NCBI GenBank assembly: GCA_963667785.2
Contig: CAXXMU010000001.1
Coordinates: forward strand, 160,001-224,000
Source: Alphaproteobacteria bacterium
Lineage (GTDB): Bacteria > Pseudomonadota > Alphaproteobacteria > UBA828
Direction: 5' to 3'
DNA: 64,000 bases
The notes under the pieces are model-generated. The model searched no databases. It was given only the letters and a program-made list of their open reading frames with translations, and was not told where the DNA came from. The translations under genes and the position numbers were made by a program. Of the stretch, positions 46,475 to 54,575 are shown piece by piece (the stretch's first letter is position 1; every line of letters starts with the position of its first letter).

Positions 46475-46906
46475 GTGCTCCATGCCCGCCTCGCGCGGGA
46501 TCGATCCGGCGACCAGGGCACTCTGGGTGTCCTGGTCGCCCGCGATCTCCCGCCGGTCCACATCATGGAGCCGCCCTGGCGGGACAACCGCCGCAACCGC
46601 TCCTGCATCCCGGCCGGCCTCTACGAGGTCGTGCCGCACATCTCGCCCAGATTCAAACGCTGCCTGCTGGTGACGAACGTGCCCGGCCGCAGCCACATCC
46701 TCTTTCACGCCGGCAACCTGGGCGGAGACTCCGAACGCGGCTGGCACACCCACACCGCAGGCTGCCTCCTGCCGGGACTGCGCCGGGGCCGCATCGAGGT
46801 CCGAGGCCGCATCCAGGAGGCCGTCGTCTCGTCGCGCTCCGCCTTTCGCCACCTCATGACCTGGGCCGCCGGCCGGCCCTTCACACTGGAGATCGTCGAT
46901 GCTTGA
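46475..46906 (+). CDS. DUF5675 family putative endolysin
   Basis: EPPWRDN...SCIPAG.Y, VPGRSHILFHAGN, TAGCLLPG; position before the holin. Confidence 0.8.
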   Translation: MLHARLARDRSGDQGTLGVLVARDLPPVHIMEPPWRDNRRNRSCIPAGLYEVVPHISPRFKRCLLVTNVPGRSHILFHAGNLGGDSERGWHTHTAGCLLPGLRRGRIEVRGRIQEAVVSSRSAFRHLMTWAAGRPFTLEIVDA

Positions 46907-47426
46907 CACGCTCCTCGATGTCGGTGCTTCCATCCTCGCCGGCGGCACCACCGGCCTCCTCGGCACCGCCGTCTCCGGTGTCATCGACTTCTTCCAGGGC
47001 CGCGCTGAGCACAAGCGCGAGCTGGAGCTCCGGCGCCTCGATATCGACCTGGCCAACGCCGAGGGCGCCTCGGCCGAGCGCGTGGCCGCGATAGAGGCCG
47101 AGGGAGAGCGCGATCGCGCCGAGCTTAGGGCGATGGAGGCCTCCTACCGGGAGGCGGGATCGCGGATCTCGCGCCCCGGCGACGGCTTCCTGCTGAAGCT
47201 GGTGGACTTCGTGCGCGGCATGACCCGGCCGGTGCTGACCTGGGGCCTGGTCGCCCTGGTGGGCGTCATCTACTTCACCCTCGGCGCCGAGTTCATAGAG
47301 CCGGGCAGCGTGAAGCCGCGCATCGTCGACACGGTGCTCTACCTCACCACCGCCGCCGTGCTTTGGTGGTTCGGCCAGCGCCAGATCGAGAAGCGGCGCG
47401 CCCAGGGCGTGCCGGGGGTGAAGTGA
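46899..47426 (+). CDS. Holin-like membrane protein
   Basis: RGMTRPVLTW, TM segments, WWFGQR end motif. Confidence 0.78.
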   Translation: MLDTLLDVGASILAGGTTGLLGTAVSGVIDFFQGRAEHKRELELRRLDIDLANAEGASAERVAAIEAEGERDRAELRAMEASYREAGSRISRPGDGFLLKLVDFVRGMTRPVLTWGLVALVGVIYFTLGAEFIEPGSVKPRIVDTVLYLTTAAVLWWFGQRQIEKRRAQGVPGVK

Positions 47427-47453
47427 GCGCCGCCGGGGGGGGGCTGATCCGGC

Positions 47454-47864
47454 ATGGCCATTCCTGACGGCGACGCCTGGCAGGCGTTCGCCAGCTTCGG
47501 GGGCGTGATCGTCTTCCTCGGCGCCGTCGTGGTCGCGCTCCGGCGCCTCGGCGTCATGGGCACGCGGCCCGCGCCGGCGCCCAAGCCGGCGGCCCAAACG
47601 ACAGCCCCGGCCTCCGCATCGGAGTCGGACCTCACCGATATCAAGGAGGGCATAGCCGACGTCAAGGAGCGCCTCGCGCGCGTGGAAACCAGGCTCGAAT
47701 CCCGCAGCGTCGACCACCTTTGGAAGGAACATCGCAAGGTGGAGACGATCGCCAACGAGAACCGCGCCGCCCTGGCCAAGCAGGAAGGGGTGCTGGAGGA
47801 GCTGCGCCCGCTCTTGCGATCACTCAACGAGTATCTCACCCGCGGGAAGGGGGGGGCTGAATGA
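47454..47864 (+). CDS. TM + coiled-coil protein (Mu gp25 position)
   Basis: N-terminal TM, ERLARVETRLE. Confidence 0.7.
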   Translation: MAIPDGDAWQAFASFGGVIVFLGAVVVALRRLGVMGTRPAPAPKPAAQTTAPASASESDLTDIKEGIADVKERLARVETRLESRSVDHLWKEHRKVETIANENRAALAKQEGVLEELRPLLRSLNEYLTRGKGGAE

Positions 47865-48163
47865 CGTCGTGGGCGCAATGGGAAGAGGAGCGCTGCCGGC
47901 TCGACTGCCTGCGCCTGCTCGACGAGCTCCCCGCCTATTCGGCGAACCACCGCACGCTCGCCGCCGCGTTGCAAACCCGCGGCCACAACCCCTCCGCCGA
48001 CGCCCTGGCCGACACCCTCAACTGGCTGGCCGGGCGGGGCCTCCTGGAGACCCGCGAGGAGGCCGGCTACGTCGTGGCGCGGCTGACCGATCGCGGCGCC
48101 GACGTCGCGGCCGGGCGTGAGACGGTGCCCGGCGTCGCACGCCCCGCACCGGGCGATGACTGA
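47861..48163 (+). CDS. Mu gp26-like winged-helix protein
   Basis: RL..LRLL..P.YSAN, LNWLAGRGL, LTDRGADVAAGR..VPGV.RP.P. Confidence 0.85.
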   Translation: MTSWAQWEEERCRLDCLRLLDELPAYSANHRTLAAALQTRGHNPSADALADTLNWLAGRGLLETREEAGYVVARLTDRGADVAAGRETVPGVARPAPGDD

Positions 48164-48722
48164 GGCCGGCAAGGTGACGCGCGGCCGCATGGGCCGCATC
48201 GATCAGCTCCGCGAGGATCTGCGCGACGCGATTCACAAGTCCCTGCGCGGCGGCGTGCCGCAGAAGACGATCCTCCAGGAGGTGAACGCGGCGCTGGCGG
48301 AGAGCGGCGACAAGCCGATCAGCGCTGCGAGCCTCAACCGCTACGTCAACCGCCCGGCGATCCGGGCGCTGGCCGAGCGCGCGCGCATCGCCTGCGAGAT
48401 CGGCGACGCGGTCGCCCGCTCGGCCGAGGAGGGCGGTGGCACCAACCTCGATCGGGGGCTGGTGCAGGCCGGCCAGACCCTCGCCATGGAGGCGCTGGCG
48501 GAGATCGACTGGGACGGGTTCGAGCCCGAGGACCGCGTGAAGATGGTCGCCAACTTCGGTCTGGCCGTTCGACGCTTCGCCGCGTCCGCCGCCGTCACCG
48601 ACGCGCGCGAGCGGGCGATCCGCGCTGAGGTCGCTGAGGTCGCGGCGAAGGAGGCGCGCAGGCAGGGGCTGTCGGCCGAGGGCGCGGCGAAGATCCGGGC
48701 CAAGGTCGAGGGGGCGGAATGA
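48156..48722 (+). CDS. Terminase small subunit (Mu gp27, DUF3486)
   Basis: RIDQL, ISAASLNRY, GLSAE..AKIR; upstream of TerL. Confidence 0.85.
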   Translation: MTEAGKVTRGRMGRIDQLREDLRDAIHKSLRGGVPQKTILQEVNAALAESGDKPISAASLNRYVNRPAIRALAERARIACEIGDAVARSAEEGGGTNLDRGLVQAGQTLAMEALAEIDWDGFEPEDRVKMVANFGLAVRRFAASAAVTDARERAIRAEVAEVAAKEARRQGLSAEGAAKIRAKVEGAE

Positions 48723-50167
48723 CGCGGTCGCTCCTGCCCTATCAGCGACGCTGGGTCGCCGATGGCACGCAGCTTAAGATCGTGGAGAAGTCGCGTCGCA
48801 TCGGGCTGAGTTGGGCCGAGGCCTACGACGCGGTGATGCACGCGGCCGAGGGACGCGGCAACGTCATCTATCAGTCCTACGACAAGGAGATGACGCGCGG
48901 CTTCATCGACGACTGCGCCGAGTGGGCCGAGCACCTGGAGTTCGAGGCCGGCGCGATCGGCGAGAGCGTCATAGATGACGGGGATTCGGGGGCCGTTCAG
49001 GTCTTCCGCATCCGGCTCGCGTCGGGGAAGACCATCACGTCGATGACCAGCGCACCGCGTGCGCTCAGGTCGAAGGGGCGGCCGGGAGACCGCGCGATCA
49101 TCGACGAGGCCGCCTTCGTCGACGACCTGGATGAGGTGCTGAAGGCGGCGCTCGCCTTTCTCACCTGGGGCGGCCGCGTCCACGTGATCTCGACCCACAA
49201 CGGCGAGGCCTCGCCCTTCAACCTGCTTCTGCGCGACGTGCGCGACGGCAGGCAGCCGGGATCGGTCCATACCATCACCTTCCGCCAGGCGATCGACGAG
49301 GGTCTCGGCCGGCGGATCTTCGAGGTGACCGGCCGCGAGTGGACGCCGGAGGCCGAGGCGGAGTGGGAAGCCGGGATCCGGCGCACCTACGGCCACCGCG
49401 GCAAGGAGGAGCTCGACTGCGTGCCCTCCGCCGGCTCCGGCGCCTGGCTCACCTGGGAGATGATCCGGGCCTGCGAGGACAAGACCGGCGAGGCCGGAGA
49501 GGCGGAGCACTTCGCCGGGAACATCACCTATATCGGCGTCGACGTCGCCCGCCGGCGCGACCTGTGGGTCGCCGCCGTGCTGGAGCGCGTGGGCGACGTG
49601 CTCTGGCTGCGCGAGCTCGTCGTGCGGCAGGGAATCTCCTTCAGCGAGCAGCGGGCCATCGTCCGCAACCTGGTCGTCCACTATCGTCCCACGCGGATCG
49701 CCGTCGACCAGACCGGCATGGGCGAGGCCGTGGTCGAGCAGCTGCAGGAGGACCACGGCACGAGCCGGGTCGAAGGCGTGCTGATGACCGGCCCGCGCCG
49801 CCTCGACGTGGCCACGGCGCTGCGCGAGGCGGTCGAGGACAAGCGACTGCGGATCCCGGCCGACGACGATCTGCGCCGCGATCTCCACTCGATCCGCACC
49901 GAGGCCGGCCCGACCGGCCAGCCACGCCTGCTGGCCGACACGGCGGAGACCGACGGCCACGCCGACCGCTTCTGGTCTATGGCCCTGGCCTGCGCCGCCG
50001 CGGCGCAGGGCACCGGCCCGATCGAGGGCGCGATCGCCGGCCCGAGCGTGGCGAGCGGCCTCTTCGCGCAGATCGACGCCGCCGGCCGGCCGGTAGACCG
50101 GCAGTCGATCGACTACGACCGCGGCATCGTCTATGGCATATCCTCCCGCATGCGGGGCTTCAGCTGA
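48719..50167 (+). CDS. Terminase large subunit (Mu gp28)
   Basis: LLPYQRRW, EKSRRIGLSW, IIDEAAF, GVDVAR, HADRFWS. Confidence 0.95.
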   Translation: MTRSLLPYQRRWVADGTQLKIVEKSRRIGLSWAEAYDAVMHAAEGRGNVIYQSYDKEMTRGFIDDCAEWAEHLEFEAGAIGESVIDDGDSGAVQVFRIRLASGKTITSMTSAPRALRSKGRPGDRAIIDEAAFVDDLDEVLKAALAFLTWGGRVHVISTHNGEASPFNLLLRDVRDGRQPGSVHTITFRQAIDEGLGRRIFEVTGREWTPEAEAEWEAGIRRTYGHRGKEELDCVPSAGSGAWLTWEMIRACEDKTGEAGEAEHFAGNITYIGVDVARRRDLWVAAVLERVGDVLWLRELVVRQGISFSEQRAIVRNLVVHYRPTRIAVDQTGMGEAVVEQLQEDHGTSRVEGVLMTGPRRLDVATALREAVEDKRLRIPADDDLRRDLHSIRTEAGPTGQPRLLADTAETDGHADRFWSMALACAAAAQGTGPIEGAIAGPSVASGLFAQIDAAGRPVDRQSIDYDRGIVYGISSRMRGFS

Positions 50168-51684
50168 TGCGCCTGCCCCGGTTCATGCGCCCGGCGCAGG
50201 CGCCCGCGGGCGAGGTGGCGCCGGCAGGGATCGCGGGGCGCATGGCGCCCTACATCGGCGAGCTGCCGGCGGATCCCCGCTCGCCGGCGCGGTACGCCGA
50301 CGCCTGGCGGGACGAGAGCAACGCGCTGCGCCTCTATCGCGACACCCTGAAGGACGAGCGCTGCCAGGCGGCGCTGGACCAGCGCCTGGATGCCGCGATC
50401 GCGCGGCCCTGGGAGGTCGAGCCCGGCGGGGACGACGATGAAGACAAGGTAGCCGCGCAGCATCTCACCGAGCAGCTGCATGCGATCGACTTCAACCCGG
50501 TCTGCCGGCAGCTGCTCTTCGGCGTCTGGTACGGCTACGCCGTCGCTGAGGTGATGTGGGGCACCGCCGACAATAAGGTGGTCATCGAGGACGTGAGGGT
50601 CCGCTCCGTCGACCGCTTCAGATGGTCCCCCGAGGGCGCGCTCCTGCTGCGCACCGACAGCCGGCCCCAAGGCGAGGAGGTGCCGGACGGCAAGTTCGTG
50701 CTGCTGGCCCGGCCGGGCGAGCACGACGACCTGCCGCACGGGCCGGGCCTCGCCAGGTGGTGCTACTGGCCCGTCTGGATGCGCCGGCACGGCCTCCTGT
50801 TCTGGTCGGTCGCGTTGGAGAAGTTCGGGGCGCCGAGCGCGAAGGGCACCTATCCGTCCGGCGCCAGCGAGAAGGAGAAGAGCGAGCTCCTCGACCTCGT
50901 CCAGGCGTTCGCGACGTCCAAGGGGATCACGATCCCGGAGGGGCAGGACGTCGAGCTCGTCGAGAGCGCGCGGCGCGCCGGCGGCGACTTCGAGGCGTTC
51001 TGCCAGTACCTCGACCGCTCCGTCACGACCACGATCCTCGGCCAGTCGTCCACCACCGACCAGGGACCCTGGAAGGGCACCGCCGAGGTGCAGAAGGACG
51101 TGCGCGACGAGACCGTGGCCGCCGACTGCCGGCTCCTCGACGACGCGCTGACCTCGACGATCGCGGCATGGCTCACCGCGTGGAACTTTCCCAGGGCCGC
51201 GCTGCCCAGGATCGTCCGCGACGCGTCTCCGGCCGAGGACCTCGACGCCAGGGCGACGCGCGAGGAGACCGTCTCGCGCACGACCGGGCTGCGGCCGACG
51301 AAAGAGCACATCGAGCAGGTCTACGGCGGCGAGTGGGAGGAGGCTCCGGCTCCGCCGCCCTCGCCGGTCCCGCCTCCCGGCCCCCGCGAGGACGATGACG
51401 ACGAGGCCGAGCTCGCAGCGCGGCGCGACCGGGACGCCATTGGCCGCGCGGTCACCGAGCTCATCTTCGGCGACGGCTGGGAGCCGATGATGTCGCCGGT
51501 CATCGAGCCCGTCCTCCAGGAGGCCGCCGCCGCCCTCGGGCGCGGCGAGAGCCTGGAGGAGTTCCGGGACCGCCTGCCCGCCCTCTTCGCCGAGATGGAT
51601 TCCTCGCGCATGGTCGAGACGCTCCGGCGCATGGGCTTCAGCGCGAACCTCTCCGGCAACGAGGGCCTGGTAGACCCCCGCTAG
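50167..51684 (+). CDS. Portal protein (Mu gp29, DUF935)
   Basis: GPGLARWCYWP, LEKFGAP..GTYP, ILGQ. Confidence 0.93.
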   Translation: MRLPRFMRPAQAPAGEVAPAGIAGRMAPYIGELPADPRSPARYADAWRDESNALRLYRDTLKDERCQAALDQRLDAAIARPWEVEPGGDDDEDKVAAQHLTEQLHAIDFNPVCRQLLFGVWYGYAVAEVMWGTADNKVVIEDVRVRSVDRFRWSPEGALLLRTDSRPQGEEVPDGKFVLLARPGEHDDLPHGPGLARWCYWPVWMRRHGLLFWSVALEKFGAPSAKGTYPSGASEKEKSELLDLVQAFATSKGITIPEGQDVELVESARRAGGDFEAFCQYLDRSVTTTILGQSSTTDQGPWKGTAEVQKDVRDETVAADCRLLDDALTSTIAAWLTAWNFPRAALPRIVRDASPAEDLDARATREETVSRTTGLRPTKEHIEQVYGGEWEEAPAPPPSPVPPPGPREDDDDEAELAARRDRDAIGRAVTELIFGDGWEPMMSPVIEPVLQEAAAALGRGESLEEFRDRLPALFAEMDSSRMVETLRRMGFSANLSGNEGLVDPR

Positions 51685-51696
51685 GACGCCGCGCCG

Positions 51697-52890
51697 ATGC
51701 CCGAGCCGGAGATCCTCGCCGTCCCGCCCAGGGAGGCGGTCGCCCACTTCAGGGCCAAGGGCTATCACGTCGGCTACAGCTGGCTCGACACGGCCGCCGG
51801 CGAGCACACGCGCTCCTTCACCGTTGCCAAGGCCATGCGCCTCGACGTCCTGGAGGCGATCCGCGGCGAGGTCGACCGGGCGATCGCGGACGGCATCACC
51901 TTCGAGGACTTCGAGAAGGCGCTCGAACCGCGCCTGAGGGAGATGGGGTGGTGGGGGCGCGGCCAGATGGTCGACCCGCTCACCGGCGAGCTCCGCAACG
52001 TGCAGCTCGGCTCGCGGCACCGGCTGCGCACGATCTTCGACACCAACCTCCGCATGTCCTACGCCAAGGGGCGCTGGGAAATGATCGAGCGCGACGCCGC
52101 GGCCGCGCCGTATCTCATGTACGACGCCGTCAACGACGCGCTGACGAGGCCCGAGCACCTGGCCTGGGACGGCACCGTGCTGCGCTGGGACGATCCGTGG
52201 TGGCGCTCCCACTACCCGCCGAACGGGTGGTTCTGCCGGTGCCGGGTGATCCAGATGTCGGAGGAGGACCTGGAGGAGTTCGGCATCGAGCCCTCGGGCG
52301 GGCCGCCTGCCGAATCACTCAGGACGCGGCCGTGGACCAACAAACGCACCGGCGAAACGCACCAGGTGCCGATCGGGATCGATCCGGGCTTCCAGGACAA
52401 CGTGGGGCTCGTGGGCGGCGGCCGGGACACGGCGGACCGTCTGATCGGGAAGATGGATGCCGCGTCGCCCGATATGGCGCGGGCGGTCGTGGGCTCGCCC
52501 TGGCGCACGGCGCTGTTCCACCGCCACCTGGCGGGGCGGGACGAGGGAGACTGGCCCGTGGCTGCAGCACCGGCTGCGGTTCTGGCCGCCGCCGGTGGGC
52601 AGTCGCAGACGGTGCGGCTTTCGGGCGCGTCTGCGGCGAAGCAGGCCGAGCGGCACGGCGACCTCTCCCCGGAGGACTATGCCCGCGTCCAGGCGATCAT
52701 CGATCAGGGCGAGTTCTTCGAGGCCGGCGGCCACCATGTGATGGGGTTCCTGGAGATGGACGGCCGCCCCTGGCGCGCGGTGGTGAAGGCGACGCGCGAC
52801 GGCGCGGAGACCTACGTCGTCAGCTTCCACAAGGCTCAGCCATACGACCTCGAGGCCGCGCGGCGGCACCTGCCGACGATCTCCCGCTGA
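51697..52890 (+). CDS. MuF/gp30 minor head protein with C-terminal BECR (PBECR2-like) domain
   Basis: FTVAK, RLRTIFDTN, TRPEH, PPNGWFCRC; extension RLS..SAAKQ..RHGDL..EDY...AVVKAT..G.E.YVVSFH. Confidence 0.88.
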   Translation: MPEPEILAVPPREAVAHFRAKGYHVGYSWLDTAAGEHTRSFTVAKAMRLDVLEAIRGEVDRAIADGITFEDFEKALEPRLREMGWWGRGQMVDPLTGELRNVQLGSRHRLRTIFDTNLRMSYAKGRWEMIERDAAAAPYLMYDAVNDALTRPEHLAWDGTVLRWDDPWWRSHYPPNGWFCRCRVIQMSEEDLEEFGIEPSGGPPAESLRTRPWTNKRTGETHQVPIGIDPGFQDNVGLVGGGRDTADRLIGKMDAASPDMARAVVGSPWRTALFHRHLAGRDEGDWPVAAAPAAVLAAAGGQSQTVRLSGASAAKQAERHGDLSPEDYARVQAIIDQGEFFEAGGHHVMGFLEMDGRPWRAVVKATRDGAETYVVSFHKAQPYDLEAARRHLPTISR

Positions 52891-52901
52891 GAGGGGTGGA
52901 T

Positions 52902-52970
52902 GGCGCCGGGCGGGCCACAACCCCCGCGCTCGCCCGAAGGCATGAGAGTATTGCGAATGCTTCCGGCGCC
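52902..52970 (+). ncRNA. Candidate four-way-junction structured RNA
   Basis: Closing stem GGCGCCGGG/TCCGGCGCC enclosing three hairpins; folded by eye only. Confidence 0.4.
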
Positions 52971-53034
52971 GGCCCCACTATAGCCGCGTCGTCGGCGGCC
53001 GTCGACTGCGGCGGCAGGCGCTGCACCCCTGGTT

Positions 53035-53279
53035 GATTCACACCCCGTCGCGGGCGACGATTTTCCGGCCGATTCACGCCCTGTGAACGGCTCGATTATT
53101 TGTCGTTTCTGGCCAGTCCACAGCCCCTGCACCGCCCGATTCCCAGAGACTTATGCGCGGTGCCTCTCAGCGCTTTGCGCCTTCGAGGACGTCGCACGCC
53201 GCGGTCACCGCGCGATTCCACGAGCGTTCACGAGATTCCGGACGATTTCGCGATTCCGTCCGACTTCTGCTTCCCGACA
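53035..53279 (-). repeat. Prophage terminus with putative transposase-binding repeats
   Basis: Reverse complement begins TGTCGGGAAGCAGAAGTCGGACGGAATCG; GATTC at 53035, 53071, 53138, 53214, 53234, 53252. Confidence 0.85.
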
Positions 53280-53284
53280 GCGAC
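53280..53284 (+). repeat. 5-bp target site duplication GCGAC (right copy)
   Basis: Matches 14067-14071. Confidence 0.92.
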
Positions 53285-53346
53285 GTGCCGCCCCGCAATC
53301 CCGGGGTTGCGCCCGGCCCGGGCCGTTGCGGCATACTCGCGGTGCG

Positions 53347-54249
53347 ATGACCGAAGCCTGGACCGTTCCCGAGCCCGAAGACGCGCACGAGGTGCGCACG
53401 GCGGACGGCTACCCCATCGCGCTGCGCCGATACGGAAATCCCGACGGTCCCAGGCTCGTCATGAGCCACGGGAACGGCTTCGCGATCGATGCCTACTGGC
53501 CCTACTGGTCCCGCTTCATCCGGGAGTTCGACGTCTTCGTGCACGACATCCGCAGTCACGGCCGCAATCCCGTCGGCGACCTGGACGTGCACAGCATCCC
53601 CATGATCGCGGAGGACTTCACCTGCGTCTCGCGCCACATCGACCGGCGCTTCGGCGCGAGGCCCAAGGTTGGCGTGTTCCATTCGCTCTCGGCGCTGGCG
53701 GTGCTGCACGCGCCCATCGTCCACGACTGTGCCGCCCTGGTGCTGTTCGACCCGCCGATCCTGCTGCCGGGCAGGACCACGGGCGATCTGGAGAAAGTCG
53801 GGTCCACGATGGGGAAGGCGACGCGCAAGCGGCAGGAGCGCTTCGAGACGCCCGCGGCCTACGCGGCGTTTCTCTCGACCAGGGACGCGTTCGCCGGCCT
53901 GGACGCGGGTGGGCTCGACCTCCTCGCGCGTACCACGCTCCGGCCCGTCGGCAGCGGCGCCGGCTACCGGCTGAGCTGTCCGCCCGAGCACGAGGCCCGG
54001 ATGTGGGATTCCCTCTATCCCTTCGCGCGGATGGTGGACTACGGCGCGATCCCCTGTCCGATCAAGGTGATCGGCTCCGATCCGACCATGCGCAACTCGT
54101 TCCTTCCGAGCACCGAAGTGCCGGAGCTGCTGCGCCTGGACTACGACTTCGTTCCCGAAACGACGCACCTGCTGCAGTTGGAGAACCCGGAGGCGTGCGC
54201 CGCCTTCACCCTCGACTACCTCGCCAGGCGAGGACCTGGCGCCGGCTAG
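53347..54249 (+). CDS. Alpha/beta hydrolase
   Basis: HGNGF, DIRSHG, FHSLS nucleophile elbow, THLLQLENP. Confidence 0.85.
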   Translation: MTEAWTVPEPEDAHEVRTADGYPIALRRYGNPDGPRLVMSHGNGFAIDAYWPYWSRFIREFDVFVHDIRSHGRNPVGDLDVHSIPMIAEDFTCVSRHIDRRFGARPKVGVFHSLSALAVLHAPIVHDCAALVLFDPPILLPGRTTGDLEKVGSTMGKATRKRQERFETPAAYAAFLSTRDAFAGLDAGGLDLLARTTLRPVGSGAGYRLSCPPEHEARMWDSLYPFARMVDYGAIPCPIKVIGSDPTMRNSFLPSTEVPELLRLDYDFVPETTHLLQLENPEACAAFTLDYLARRGPGAG

Positions 54250-54320
54250 CGCAAGTTCTGACCGGACGGGGTCACGTCCGGTTGTCGCACGCTCACCCGT
54301 TGGCATGCAGTGCGGCTGAA

Positions 54321-54436
54321 GACTCCCCCACCTCACCCTGGCCCTCTCCGCCCCCAGGGGCGGAGAGGGAAAGCAGCCGGCGCCGTCACGTTCCCCCTCC
54401 GCCTTTGGGGGAGGGGGATAGGGGGAGGTGGGAGTC
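54321..54436. repeat. Inverted pair of REP-like GC-rich palindromes (alphaproteobacterial type)
   Basis: CCCTCTCCGCCCC-CA-GGGGCGGAGAGGG hairpin plus a degenerate inverted copy; outer GACTCCC...GGGAGTC. Confidence 0.75.
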
Positions 54437-54575
54437 GTTCAAGCCGTGGTGACCTCGTGTGGTCGGACAATGCTATAGCGGCCACTTCCTCCATCGCGCC
54501 GCGGGGCGCGATATGGCACGCGAACCGTGCCGCTGCTAAGCTGGCGGCCGCGCGCAACGAGACGGGACGAGGGCG

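Larger units (their letters stand above)
14072..53279. mobile_element. Complete Mu-like transposable prophage (contractile tail), 39,208 bp
   Basis: Starts TGT at 14072 and ends ACA at 53279; flanked by GCGAC direct repeats (14067-14071, 53280-53284); encodes DDE transposase, AAA MuB, Gam, Mor, terminase, DUF935 portal, gpF, capsid, sheath, tube and baseplate. Confidence 0.96.

Noticed and set aside
52902-52977. Canonical tRNA gene
   Set aside because: No TTCGA T-loop, D-loop consensus or 7-nt anticodon loop; kept only as a candidate structured RNA
53083-53346. N-terminal extension of the alpha/beta hydrolase ORF
   Set aside because: Reads through the prophage terminus; the likely start is the ATG at 53347
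54514-54530. Sigma-54 promoter (TGGCACG) upstream of the cyclase
   Set aside because: The GC element is two bases too far from the GG for -24/-12 spacing
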